The translations under genes and the position numbers were made by a program. Shown in pieces: positions 1 through 11,882 of a DNA stretch of 64,000 nucleotides; positions within the stretch are counted from its first letter, which is position 1; each line of letters begins with the position of its first letter. The stretch is from Octopus vulgaris (Eukaryota). Location of the stretch: positions 110,298,001 to 110,362,000 of the forward strand of contig OX597817.1 of NCBI GenBank assembly GCA_951406725.2, in the 5' to 3' direction. The notes beneath the pieces were generated by a model. That model was not told the origin of the DNA, did no database searches, and saw only the letters and a program-made list of their open reading frames with translations.

Positions 1-599
1 ACTATATTTTATGCATCTATTCCCTTGTTTTGCAATACGTCTGCGTCAGCTCAATTCTTCTCCCGACTCATGGCACGTCGGATGATCACATGCTCTGCGT
101 TCATGTTTAGACATAATTTCCACCTGTTAGACCCCGGTTTAGTCACGTAATTAACAGAGAAAATTATCTGTCTCGCGCATCCCTCCAGCATGCTTACACT
201 GTCGCCCTTACTATCTCAGCAATTAACCACGACAACAGCACCAGACGCATTTCACTGCTGAAAAACATTGCAAGGCATTTACCATGCATTTCTTTGTCTC
301 CTTCAATCGTTCGCTTCCTTTCCCGGAACCTCACTGGCAAGGGGTGTGATGTAGTGGATCTTGCATGCATGAAGTGGATTCGATCCACCATAGCCAAATT
401 TAAATTAACACTGCAACAGAACTTTTGCCACGGTGGAACAATGGTTTTTCTCTGACAGCAGTTTTACATTTTCCAGATGCCTTTAGCTAGACCGAAATAA
501 TGTCTTCACCACTTGACCCTTTCTAACCTCTTCTACTTCACCAAAAACTAGAATAGAGATAACAAGACCACCAACTAAATATATTGTTCTCAATGATAT

Positions 600-1074
600 G
601 TCTATCCTTCTGGATGGTTATAAAAGCAAGAATACCCCAAGCAAAAATCAGTTAGTCACAGTCGTGACGACTCGAGTCCAGTCACATGGTGACGACTCAA
701 TTAGTTAGGGAACGGACTGCTAGAATCAGGATCAAAAGGAATGCCTCCACTAAAGATAATAGTCAGTGAGAGAAATGAAGTTTACTGTCAGCAACTATGA
801 GACAACACCCTACTACTCTCACTAGCTCTAATTCTGTTCTCTGACAACATCATTCTATCTCTCTCTGTATTTACTACTAAACAATGAAGAAGACACAAAC
901 ACAAACTTTACTTTGCATGCTTTTGGATTTATCATAACTTGCCCGGCGAGGCAAGCTATTTGTAACGTAACGGTAAATAAATACTTTCTTAAAACTTCAT
1001 GTATTGTTCATCTTTCATATCCAACAGTATGCAATTATAACAACAAATTTTTATCGTTACAACTGATGACCCCG
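600..1074 (+). mobile_element. Probable LTR remnant ending ...GTTACA followed by a PBS-like TGATGACCCCG
   Basis: AATAAA at about 976, ACA terminus at 1061, then 1064-1074 resembles the common gypsy PBS TGGTGACCCCG. The 5' boundary is uncertain. Confidence 0.35.
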
Positions 1075-1117
1075 TGGAAAAAAATCGCTGCCTTCTGAAT
1101 CAGCATTACCACCCGTT

Positions 1118-2130
1118 ACAGGTTTGTGGCTTGGCATTTTCTTTTCCTCTGTCGTTATATATTACCTGCTTGGCAAAAAAGTCCTGTCTCGTGTCTCGTC
1201 ACAGTTGAAGACTTAGTGGCGGATGTATCCTTCAGCTCTTATAATTGCGGCAAAAGTTTTGAGGTAATCCTTCATGTCCGCTCTCGCAGTTTCACCATGC
1301 CTGACAAAGGGGTGAATGCCGGTCCTCTTTTTAAAATTCTCGAACCAACCCGCCCGATGCCTCGTCCGTACAAGTGCCTGGTGTGTGCTGCATCAAATCA
1401 ACGTAAATAGCTGGTGCCTTCTCGCAGATTATAGCCTCTGTCATAGTATTTCCTACGAACTGCTTCTCCGTCAACCACACTATCAGCAACTTCTCTATAT
1501 TTTCATGGATAGATGTCTGCTGTTTAGAAATTATTTTAACGGCCTTAGCTGACGTCATAGCCTTTATCGACTGATTCTGCTTCAGTATGGTTCTACAATC
1601 GTACTGCTTCGCCATGTCGACTACACGCACACCTTGATCATTTCATTCGATAATTTCTTTCTTTAATTCAAAGCACATCATCTGCTTCTTCTTCTCAGCA
1701 CTGTCCTTCGCATTCATTTACTTAGGACCCATGGTTGGAAAAATGAAGTTTTGCAAAACAACCGCAGGCACAATTGCGAGCACAACACTGATGCTTCTGT
1801 AGCCTGCAACGACTAAGTAAGTATTTTACCACTCGTCTAGCTAACGATCCACTAACGATCTTCGTACTTGCTAACGCGCATGTCTGTCTAATTATCGATC
1901 TACTAATGATCTTCGCACTTTCTGATGTGCATATCTGTCTAGCTGTCGAGTGAGACAAGGAATGCTGGGAGGATGTTCCGGCGTTCGCTACGCCAATTAG
2001 CAATGGGGTATGTGAAGCTGGCTCGTAACCTGAATTTTAGCTCGCAACTCAAAGCAAAAAGTCGGCCGAGAGACGGCTCGTATCTCGAAAAACTCATTAG
2101 TTGGGATACTTGTAGGTCAAGGTACCAATG
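1118..2130 (-). mobile_element. Tigger/pogo DNA transposon, degenerate 5' part (HTH-psq, CENP-B HTH, start of DDE)
   Basis: ORF 1331-1630 reads EKLLIVWLTEKQ...TEAIICEKA. Adjacent frames give GWFENFKKRTGIH and FNCDETGLF-like motifs. A TIR-like end (minus strand TA|CATTGGTACCTTGA) lies at 2130. Frameshifts and stops are present. Confidence 0.85.
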
Positions 2131-2924
2131 TATGTTGAAATATTAAGATTTGGTTGCTTCACTAGAGTATTCAGCTATTTAACAATCATGTGCAAAACAC
2201 GTGATGTTGTCATATGCAGGCGTGTGAAAAAACCTTGTTTCATGTAGTCTAAATAATATGCATAAACAAACGAAAGTAAGGAAAATGGATATTGTCAATA
2301 AGCTTTTAGAGTTGTTTTTCAGAAACTCAAGTGTTTCTCTAATATCAATGAATCAGTTTTCAGTGCGTTTGCTCAAATTTTGCATGCTCACAGACATAAA
2401 GACATGTTATTCCGTCGAAGGTTTCACTTTTATTCTTCGAGTTTTGAGACGTAATACGGAACCAGTGCCAATGTTGCATTGTTTTAATCCACAAAAGTTA
2501 CATGTTGACACTCACGGGGTCTCATAGTATTACCATGTAAAATTTGATTTGATTTGTTTGAGCCGTTTGAGAATGCATTGGGAACAGAGATGCACAGGAT
2601 TTGTGTGTATGTATGTATGTATGTATGTATATGTGTGTGTGTAGAGAGAGAGAGGGGGGAATTTAAAAAGTATGGAAGACTCTACAGCCAAAAAAGCTAT
2701 ATCCATTTACGCGGGAGCTCTCGGCAAAATGTTATAGTGCATGACCAACCTTAAGACATAAGTAATGTGTGTGTAAAGTTTGGAGAAAATCGGTTGAGAA
2801 TTGTGGAAATGTATGCGTTAATCATTATACACACATATACTGTAATTTATATATACCAGATGAAATTGATTATCTTGTTCGAACTATAGATGCAGTTGCT
2901 GACTGTGAAGGAGTTGGTGGGCTG

Positions 2925-3074
2925 ATGGCGATGGCGTTGTTGTTGGTGGTGGTGGGGGAGGTGGTGGTGATGGTGGTGGTGTTTTTGGCGGTGGTCATGG
3001 TGGCGGTGACGGCAGCGGCGGTGGTGTTGTGTTAGTGTTGATGGTAGGATGGCTGTGGTGGTGGTGGTGGTGGT
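2925..3074. repeat. Imperfect (GGT)n repeat
   Basis: Direct reading of the sequence. Confidence 0.9.
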
Positions 3075-3084
3075 TTATACTCAC

Positions 3085-3144
3085 GTGTATACACATGCTA
3101 CAGGTACAATATAAACCAGTGCTACCTGTTCCATGATCGAGGCG
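3085..3144 (-). other. Candidate 60-nt internal exon of an unidentified gene
   Basis: Minus-strand acceptor cttttgcAG and donor GTGAGT flank 60 nt of unique sequence lying between microsatellites. Two of the three frames are open. No homology recognised. Confidence 0.35.
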
Positions 3145-3179
3145 CTGCAAAAGCTTACGATATATGACGTCGAAGACAT

Positions 3180-3189
3180 ATCTATCAAT

Positions 3190-3235
<46 letters not shown>

Positions 3236-3716
3236 GTTTGTTTGTCTGTCTGTCTGCCTGTCTGTCTACCTGTCTGACTGTCTGTATATCTGTCCATCTG
3301 TATGTCTGTCTATCTATCTGTCTATCTATGCACCTATCTATCTATTTATCTATTCTATCTATTTATAAGTATGCGTGCGTGTACATGTGCATGTCTGTCT
3401 CTGTCCATACATGCTAACATGCGTACATACATACATAATACATACATACATACATACATACATACATACATACATACATACATGCATGCATACATACATA
3501 CATACATACATACATACATACATACATACATACATACATACATACATACATACATACATACATGCATGCATGCGTGCGTGCATACATATATTCATACATA
3601 CATTCAGTGAAAAATTCTGCTTCACACTGTAAACGTTTATAGTGACAGATACACAAACATTTGGACACATACATGCACACACATTATGTATGTATGTATG
3701 TATGTATGTATGTATC
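3180..3716. repeat. Compound microsatellite (TCTA)n/(TCTG)n/(TACA)n/(TATG)n
   Basis: Direct reading. It explains the spurious YLSI/HTYI/MYVC ORFs. Confidence 0.98.
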
Positions 3717-3719
3717 GTG

Positions 3720-4505
3720 ATTATAGCTTTTCAAACTATTTGTTGACTCCCTCTCCTCAATTGCGATTCTTCCTTCATCAGCGTGATGCTCCCTTGGAGC
3801 ACCAATTACTGACCTAGCTTTCGAGTCCGTCTTTAGATCTGAACTGGCTAATCTGGAACAACTTTTAAAAAACCTTGAAGTAATTGAGCCCCACCAAGGT
3901 TTTTTATACATAGGAATTATTTGCCAATTCCTCAAGTATTGTATTTTCTGAGAGTTATTCCTTACAGATTCTTGTCGTCTCTCCAATAATTTGACGAACC
4001 TTAATCTTCAGGAAACTCGAATACTTGGTCAATGTCAAACTCTCCTCAGATTTCCACGACCAAGCTGCTTTGCCCAAACGGTTTGGGGGTCCAGGTCTGC
4101 GCAAGTGCTCGTCTTTATCTTAAACAGGCTTTGGCTCGGATATCCCCCTCAGTTCTGGAGCCGTCGGGGGTTATCCAAAAGTGATGGAAAGAGACCAGAT
4201 AGTCTTACTCTCTGTCCCTGTGTTAGAGGCAGGTACCTCATTTGGAATGTCACAGTCTGCGACTCCTTTGCTCTCTCTAACATCCTGGATGCTGCAGTTA
4301 ATGGGAGGGTCACTGCTTCCGTCGCAGAACAGAAGAAAACCCTGGACTATCGGAACCTGACAGTGAACTATCTGTTCCAACCTGTAGCGTTTGAGACGTT
4401 CGGAGGGACTGGGCCACTAACCGCGAAGTTCTTGGAGAAAGAGCCGTTTTTAATCTAGATCCAAAGCTCCTTCATTGGGATTTCGACAACAACAACAACA
4501 ACAAG
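3720..4505 (+). mobile_element. CRE-clade non-LTR retrotransposon 3' fragment (restriction-like endonuclease)
   Basis: ORF 3991-4458 contains GLSKSDGKRPDSLTL.P...GRYLIWNVTVCDSFA...AEQKK..Y..L...YLFQPVAFETFG, the REL signature of CRE elements. It ends in (CAA)n. Confidence 0.8.
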
Positions 4506-4780
4506 GTATTTTTGTATGCAGATTTGTATGTTTTGTATTATTGTATTCTCATGCATACAGTTGCATGTCTAGACATGCTTATATTTACTTAAATGATAAG
4601 CTTCTAGAATGTTTTACTGATTTTTACAGTTTCAATGATCTGTAGTCTTCGAATTTGTAGTCTTAGAATCAGCTTTCTCCTTTCTGGTTTTGAGAAACCC
4701 AATTTCTCAAGGTAATTTTAATAGCTCATGGATTTTTGATGCAAGGTATTTAATATACAGGTATTTGCCTGAGTTTGTGG

Positions 4781-5150
4781 ATGTGCAATGGCCCAGTGGT
4801 TAGAGCAGCAGACTAGCGGTCGTAGGATCGCAGTTTCGATTCTCAGACCGGATGTTGTGAGTGTTTATTAAGCGAAAACACCTAAAGCTCCACGAGGCTC
4901 CGGTAGGGGATGGTGGCAAACCCTGCTGTACTCATTCACCACAACTTGCTCTCACTCTATCTTCCTGTTTCTGTTGTACCTGAAATTTCAAAGGGCCAGC
5001 CCTGTCACACTGAATCTCCCCCGAGAACTACGTTAAGGGTACACGTGTATGTGGTGTGCTCAGCCACTTGCACGTTAATTTCACAAGCAGGCTGTTCCGT
5101 TGATCGGATCAACTGAACCCCTCGTCGTCGTAACCGACGGAGTGCCAACC
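4781..5150 (+). mobile_element. tRNA-derived SINE, full length (partial body copy at about 13700-13800)
   Basis: A-box TGGCCCAGTGG and B-box-like GTTTCGATTC. The body (aagggccag...ctgaatc..cc.gagaactac.ttaa) recurs near 13710-13800. Confidence 0.8.
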
Positions 5151-5378
5151 ATTTGCCTGAGTTTATATGAAAAGAGGAACAGATGATAGACAGACGGTCA
5201 CTCAGTGACACAATCACAGAAACGAGCAAATCAGACGATGAAGAGACTCAGGGCAGATACGTTATCTCCACTATCAGTTATTCGACAACCAGACTTACCA
5301 ACATGAGCAGTCTGCAACACCCAATGACCAAACTACCACGAACTCAAAAATCAACCGTGGCAAGAGACACTCAATTCT

Positions 5379-5382
<4 letters not shown>

Positions 5383-5435
<53 letters not shown>

Positions 5436-5490
5436 CCTCTCCCCCCTCTCTCTCTCTCTCTCTATCTATCTATTTATTTATCTATCTATC
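5383..5490. repeat. (CT)n/(TCTA)n microsatellite
   Basis: Direct reading. Confidence 0.95.
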
Positions 5491-6741
5491 GATCTCTTTC
5501 TCTTATACACACAACCACAAAAGCTTTTCAACTAAATCGCCAAAATGAGCACAATATTCTCTCACAGAATCAGGCCATAACATTTTCCGGTGTTGTGCAA
5601 CTCGTTTCTTTCTTGAAACCGTCCTGTTCCATTTTGGAACCTTTAACAATAAAACAGATGATGGTTTGAAAGCGAAACTCCTGTCCTCGTTAATCTAATA
5701 TTCAACATTCATCTTATGGCAACATCACATTAATCTTATTGTTTTATATAGCTGCGTGTGCGTGCACGTGCGCGTGAACTGTGTGTTTGTGTGCATAAAG
5801 TAGTAAAATGCGTCATCGTATAGCTAAAAAGCGAGTGGAAGACAACTGCTCAAAGTAAGCATAACAAACATTCTTCGTCCTTGTCTCTACTTATTAAAAG
5901 TTAACTTACTACTTAGCATCTGTATTAGTTTAGTATGAAATTTACCTTAAATTGTTTATTTTAGCTCTAGAGTCATTGCTAAAATTCTTCGCTTTTAAGA
6001 GCATAAAATAAACACTTGTCTTGTGAAAAAGTTTTTCCAAGACGTTTTAGCCGTAATGACATCAGCAATACAGCAACAGACGTTTATTTTACTCTTTAAA
6101 GCAATTAAAAAGGTGTTTGCAATGTTATGCTCGTCTGTGTGCGCGCAGGTATATGTGTGTGTATGTATGCATATGTATGTATGTTATTGTCAGGTCACTT
6201 TCGAGTGCTACTGGTAACATGTAACCCAGTACAACCTGTTGCATGGTTGGCTCGTCGGCGACTAAACCGGCAACCCCACCAAGCTTGCTTGGTGAGGAGG
6301 GTGTTTATTGGACACCCTGCGGGATGAAAAACAAAACCCATCAAAGGGCGGAGGAACTCTTGAGAGTCAACGGCCATCCAATAAATGTCTTAAGGCTGTA
6401 TCATGCGCGGGGACATAGAAATAATCGAACTGAATACCCGATCGCGCGGTTAAACCATTGGGAGTGAAGGACTCCTAGCCTCTGTTAGGGTATCCTTCTA
6501 GGAGAAGGTAACTCAGGTAACTGGGATAACTCCGACATAAAACCTGCGGCTCAGTGGTTACCGATGATGTTGACTTGTTCTTCTTTTCGGATTATGACTG
6601 CTGTTGCTTAGTGAGTGGGATTGACTCAGTGCACAGCCTTTCCTCACTTTCAAAAAAATATTCTTGCACAGGCATTGCACGATAACAACATTTATTAAGC
6701 TTCGTGCAATGGCCATACTCGATAACGAGGGGGCAGCCACC

Positions 6742-6744
<3 letters not shown>

Positions 6745-6774
<30 letters not shown>

Positions 6775-6796
6775 TGTATGTATGTATGTATGTATG

Positions 6797-6862
<66 letters not shown>

Positions 6863-6880
6863 CATATATATATATATATA
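6745..6880. repeat. (TATG)n-(TA)n microsatellite
   Basis: Direct reading. Confidence 0.97.
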
Positions 6881-6886
6881 CATAAC

Positions 6887-8262
6887 TCTTATATAAAATC
6901 CGTTCAGTGTGTGTGTGTCTTCTCGGATCTCGGGCATCCTCCAGCCGATTGCTCTCAAATTTGATATGTAGATACCGACGGTATCAGGGTGTGTATAAGT
7001 CTTGAAAAAATTACAAAAATCGATTCCAGGTGAGAATGTGATCGATAAAGCAGTGGGAAATCGTTTTTCTTTGGTTGCACAATCGACTCTATGCCGCTGA
7101 TACGAGTTGCCTCCCTTAACACCAAGCATGCATATTTCATACATAGTCGATCATTTTTCTTTCTTTTTCTTTTTCAACTACTGTTGAGTGCCAAACAAAT
7201 TAGCCAAACTCAATTTAGTTGCCTCCCTTTACAGTCTGAGACGACGCATTCTGCGTGGATGTACTCCGGTGTCCCTTTATGGATATATTCTTTGAAGAAG
7301 TTACTCTACAGTCGAACTTATTGTTTTCATTTATTATGAATGGACAAACCAAAAAAGTGTGGTTTTTAGTGAAAGAAAACCATTATTGTATTCAATCAAG
7401 ATTGTTTGAGCTTTATTTCAAGGTGAATGTAGTCAAAATACTTCGATTTTAGAAACAAAAGACTATTTGCTTGCTTCTTAATCGTGCAATATTTGCATTT
7501 TCTAAACTTTGTCAGACAGTTTACCCCGACCTATCTTCTAATTTCGGTGACCATCTATGATTGTGTGATAGAGCCATTTTAGCGCCAACCAATGCCAACG
7601 TCAATACGCTTAACACTCGCCTCCTTCGTCAACTGCCGACTCAGGAACGAATCTACACATCCGTTGATTCAATTTACTGATCCAGAGCAAGTCATGGTGT
7701 ACCCGACCGAATTTCTTAGCTCACAAGAACCATCGGGTTTACCACAACCCTAAACTCTGCCTCAAGGTTGAAAGTCCCATTATTCTCCTCCGAAACTTTG
7801 CAATGGCTCTCGGTTGGTTCTCACCCAACTTTTGGATGACGTTCTCGAGGCAAAAGTTATCACGGGTCAAGGAGCAGGGGATGTTTTTATTTCCTGCATG
7901 CCATTGATTCCGTCGGACTGTTTTTACCCGATGAAACGCGTTCAATTCCCTATTCGCCTGAGCTTCGCGATGACCAATCAACAAAGCACAGAGGCAGTCA
8001 CTGAAAGTCGTAGGGTTGGACCTCAGTACTCCTTGCTTTTCGCACAGACAACTGTATGTGGGCTGTTCGAGGTTTGGCTGTTCGACAAACCTTTTCTACT
8101 ACGCTGCAGACGGAGTAACAAGGAATGTGGTTTACAAGGCTGCGCTCTGTTAATGTAATCATCACAACAAATATGAACAATTAACGTCGCCCATTATCTC
8201 CCTTGATACAGAGACAATCAGTAAATCTCCTGCCCCGGGAGATACCTTGTATAAGCAGTCTA
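6887..8262 (+). mobile_element. Internally deleted Helitron carrying a degenerate PIF1-type helicase C-terminus (about 7490-8150)
   Basis: Frameshifted translation reads RAILAPTN..V...N...YPTEFL.S.EPSGLP...CNGSRL...LEAKVITG...FPIRLSFAMT(I)NKAQ.QSL..VGLDL..PCFSH.QLYVGCSR. A 5' TCTTATATAAAA start lies at 6887. The 3' end is approximate. Confidence 0.85.
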
Positions 8263-8365
8263 ATAAAGTGTCTCGTATTGTTAATACGTATATCCAGTCT
8301 CTCTCACTTTCTTAATCTTTCGTACTAAGTACTCACTATTTCCTTTCATACTCAATACAGTATAC

Positions 8366-8398
<33 letters not shown>

Positions 8399-8399
8399 G

Positions 8400-8944
8400 T
8401 TTAAATATTTGTTGTGCAAGATTTTTTTATGTGAAGTCGTGTGTTGAAACAGATATTGTTATATTTCGGAATGGTCATATTGCCAGTTTAGCCAATAAAA
8501 ACACACGCACTATATATTTGGTGTTATTTTGCTTCAGTGTTATTTTTTTTTACATTAATCTTAATCTTATTTCGGCCAGAGTTCTTTCGTCACACTCCTG
8601 TGACCGCATCAGTGGTCCTTTGTTTTCTTCCTTCTTACATGTGTCCTTACTAACCGTCAGCCATTTTGTATTTCTATTGTATGTTTTCATTTGCGCATGC
8701 TTATATCTCTATGTGCGTCTATGTTTATTTAGTGTGTGTATGTTGGGGGGGGTGCCTGTAATATTTGTATCTTCTGTTTATATATGTTCATGTAATTTGT
8801 ATTTTGTTTTTGTTGTTTTTGTTTATTCTTATTTTGTTCAGGTGTTTACATCCACTTATTATTATCATTACATATGCTTGTATGTATGTATGTATGTATG
8901 TATAACAACAATACTAGTAATACTAATAATAAATCGAATCGAAA

Positions 8945-8950
<6 letters not shown>
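8400..8950 (-). repeat. Inverted copy of the Penelope-like element 3' pseudo-LTR
   Basis: 8458-8945 is the near-exact reverse complement of about 11405-11886. Confidence 0.93.
8574..8618 (-). ncRNA. Minimal type-I hammerhead-ribozyme-like motif (inverted pLTR copy)
   Basis: Reverse complement of the 11725-11769 motif, with identical sequence. Confidence 0.6.
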
Positions 8951-8997
<47 letters not shown>

Positions 8998-9001
<4 letters not shown>

Positions 9002-9777
9002 AAGGGAACTGGTTGCTTCTTTACACTTTTGGAGTGCAACTTGGGTGCAACACAATTTCCTTTCTTTTTGTTTCTAGAAACAACCAGTCAGGAACAAAAC
9101 GCAAGTTTAAAAAATATATATAATTCTTTATTTTCTTGGTTCAACAATGAAACACGATGGTATGCTGGTATCCACCTAGTTCAACGCAGCAAGGCTGAAT
9201 TCAAACGTTTGTAAGCTTTACAACAATTCAGCAGCAGTAGAACAGGTTAAATCCTAAGCGTCTGGGACAGGAGAATAGGCTGATCACAGGTTTCAAAATA
9301 TACGTCCTTTCTCTTCTATCGCCGTGTCTCAAGTCCCCGAACGCTATTAAGGAACGCTATGGAATTTATTCTTCAGTCTCTAGCGCATGTGCAGGAGGGA
9401 ACTTCCTTATGTCTTTCCAGAAGGTTCTAGAAGGTTCCAACCCCGCACACGCACACTGAAGAAGGACGTTCCGCACACGCACACTGAAGAATGACGTTGC
9501 GTGTGCGCACACTGGAACATGACGTCACTACAAAGGTGACGTTCCGCACACTGAAGAATGACGTTGCGTGTGCGCACACTGGAATATGACGTCACTACAA
9601 AGGCTCCCCCTCGAGTGCGGAAGCACGAAACAAAATTCCTTGTAGTGGCTTCAGAATATAAGGTGGATACCAAATCACCAAAATGGCACACAATATGACA
9701 AATTAAAACAAAAAAAAATCCATAATATAAACAAGCATGCAGCAAAGGAAAAGAAAAAATAATACTCAAATGAACAG
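8998..9777 (-). mobile_element. Probable 3' end of an LTR retrotransposon (3' UTR, PPT and 3' LTR 9599-8998)
   Basis: On the minus strand the purine tract GAGGGGGAG (9612-9604) precedes TGTAGTGAC at 9599. AATAAA lies at about 9130 and the terminus ...TTTACA at 8998. Tandem repeats occupy the U3-like part. Confidence 0.5.
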
Positions 9778-9919
9778 AAGAACTGGGCCTCCTACTTAGA
9801 CTGACATGTAATAATGAATACTTAGATAAACATAATCTTAGTAGTTTCTGCCCCAGTAGATGTTTAAGAGGTAGACCGCCCACAATTACTTCTATGGCTA
9901 GGAAGACACATATAGAAAG

Positions 9920-11323
9920 ATGGCGCGGATGGACAGAGCCATACGGAGCCCCGCAAATGTCCATCAGATAAAGAAAATGATCGCACATACACTAGGAGCT
10001 AGTATAAGAGTTACCCTAAAAGGCCACACGTTTAAGTTTAATAATAAAATATATGCCCAGGACGAGGGGGCAGCCATCGGCGTTAGTATCGCTGGTGATG
10101 TGGCCAACCTTTTCATGGTATGGTGGGACAGAAGGCTTAAAGAACGCCTAACACAGAACTCCATACTCGTAAACATGTACTCTCGCTATGTTGATGATAT
10201 CAACATAGTGGTAAAGGCACCCCCAAAAGAGAGTACTCTTGAAATAGAAATAGAAACTAATACTATGGAGAACATCCAGCAAATAGCTAACTCCATCCAC
10301 CAGAGTATTAAGGTCACAATAGACTACCCCACAAAACACCCCAACCATAGACTACCAGTACTAGACACTGAACTCTGGCTAGAAATTGTGAATAATAAAA
10401 CCCAAATCCTTCATTCATACTATGCCAAACCTATGGCCTCAAAATACTTGATCCACCGGAACTCAGCCATTGCGGACAATGCCAAATTCAATATTTTGAT
10501 GGCAGACCTCGTCAGAATAATGAGAAATGTGTCACGCATGTGCGAGCCCACAGAGTTAAAGAGACACATACAATATTTCATGCACCGCATGCAGTTCTCA
10601 GGTTACAGCCATAAAGAAAGGATCAGAGTATACAAAGGAGCCATGAAGAAATTTGATAATATTTTATGTAATGATAGGAATGGGATTTGCACACTCTATA
10701 GGAACAAGTCATGGAACACTATAGAAAGGACAAAAAAGAAAATAGGGAAGACCAACTCTTGGCATGATAGCCATAAATACCAGAGTGTCATGTTCGTTGA
10801 CACCACCCCTGGAGGTGAACTGGCGTACCGCTTTAGAAGGACCCTAGACAAACTTAAGCTAAGAATTAAGGTTGTTGAAAAGCCAGGCAACCCTATCAAA
10901 TCTATAATTGGTAGAACCTATCCTTTTAGTAGAACCCCCTGTACGGATAAGTACTGTACTGTATGTAGATTTAGCCCACAAACAAACTGTAAAGCCGGAA
11001 ATGTAGTCTATAGTATAAGATGTATAGAGGGACGATGCAGTAACAAGACAACGACATATGTAGGGGAAACGGCAAGAAGCATAGGAGAGCGGGTAAATGG
11101 ACATTGGAGACAACTCAAGGAAGGTAAAAGTTCATCGATTCTGTACCAACACGCCGAACAGGAACACGGGGGATCAATCAATAACATAGAAATTAAAATA
11201 TTGTCCACACATAGAACAGATGCAACAATTAGACAAATTACAGAAGCTACACACATAATAGAAAATAAACCTAGCCTGAATAGAAAACTAGAATGGAGCA
11301 CTAACACATACCACAACATATGA
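9920..11323 (+). CDS. PLE reverse transcriptase (C-terminal half) plus GIY-YIG endonuclease; the true frame continues upstream via a frameshift near 9950
   Basis: Motifs Q..GAAIG...AGDVANLFMVWWD, YSRYVDD, DYP..H...RLPVLD, YYAKPMASK, a CxxxxCxxC linker, NVVYSIRC...C...YVGETARS..ER..GH and QH...EH. An upstream frame at 9776-9950 gives EELGLLL...FCP.R...GRPPTIT...W..P. Confidence 0.92.
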   Translation: MARMDRAIRSPANVHQIKKMIAHTLGASIRVTLKGHTFKFNNKIYAQDEGAAIGVSIAGDVANLFMVWWDRRLKERLTQNSILVNMYSRYVDDINIVVKAPPKESTLEIEIETNTMENIQQIANSIHQSIKVTIDYPTKHPNHRLPVLDTELWLEIVNNKTQILHSYYAKPMASKYLIHRNSAIADNAKFNILMADLVRIMRNVSRMCEPTELKRHIQYFMHRMQFSGYSHKERIRVYKGAMKKFDNILCNDRNGICTLYRNKSWNTIERTKKKIGKTNSWHDSHKYQSVMFVDTTPGGELAYRFRRTLDKLKLRIKVVEKPGNPIKSIIGRTYPFSRTPCTDKYCTVCRFSPQTNCKAGNVVYSIRCIEGRCSNKTTTYVGETARSIGERVNGHWRQLKEGKSSSILYQHAEQEHGGSINNIEIKILSTHRTDATIRQITEATHIIENKPSLNRKLEWSTNTYHNI

Positions 11324-11724
11324 CGATAGAGGATCCTGAAAACATAATAAATACACAGATAAATAAACTAATAGAAATAAATAACATATATATATATATA
11401 TATATATATTTCGATTCGATTTATTATTATTATTACTAGTATTGTTGTTATACATACATACAAGCATATGTAATGATAATAATAAGTGGATGTAAACACC
11501 TGAACAAAATAAGAATAAACAAAAACAACAAAAACAAAATACAAATTACATGAACATATATAAACAGAAGATACAAATATTACAGGCATCCCCTTATATA
11601 CACACACTAAATAAACATAGACGCACATAGAGATATAAGCATGCGCAAATGAAAACATACAATAGAAATACAAAATGGCTGACGGTTAGTAAGGTGAGAC
11701 ACAAATAAGAAAGAAGAAAACAAA

Positions 11725-11769
11725 GGACCACTGATGCGGTCACAGGAGTGTGACGAAAGAACTCTGGCC
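11725..11769 (+). ncRNA. Minimal type-I hammerhead-ribozyme-like motif in the PLE pLTR
   Basis: GGACCA-CUGAUGCG-[GUCACA ggag UGUGAC]-GAAA-GAAC-UC-UGGCC: a perfect 6-bp stem II, a tiny stem III and a bulged stem I. Core position 9 is C instead of A. Confidence 0.6.
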
Positions 11770-11882
11770 GAAATAAGATTAAGATTAATGTAAAAAAAAA
11801 ATAACACTGAAGCAAAATAACACCAAATATATAGTGCGTGTGTTTTTATTGGCTAAACTGGCAATATGACCATTCCGAAATA

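Noticed and set aside
1-570. Possible minus-strand retrotransposon gag remnant
   Set aside because: No diagnostic motif could be read with confidence.
1063-1082. CTGATGA...GAAA resembling a hammerhead core
   Set aside because: There is no credible stem II or stem I pairing. It is better explained as a PBS-like sequence after an LTR end.
3133-3682. Many ORFs with YLSI/HTYI/MYVC/YIYI repeats (also at 6.7, 26.7 and 33.3 kb)
   Set aside because: These are translations of tetra- and dinucleotide microsatellites.
6725-6739. 15-mer ACGAGGGGGCAGCCA shared with the PLE ORF at about 10062
   Set aside because: A match of this length is plausible by chance in 64 kb and does not extend.
8431-9123. 230-aa hydrophobic ORF resembling a membrane protein
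   Set aside because: It is the antisense reading of the A-rich PLE pLTR plus (TA)n.
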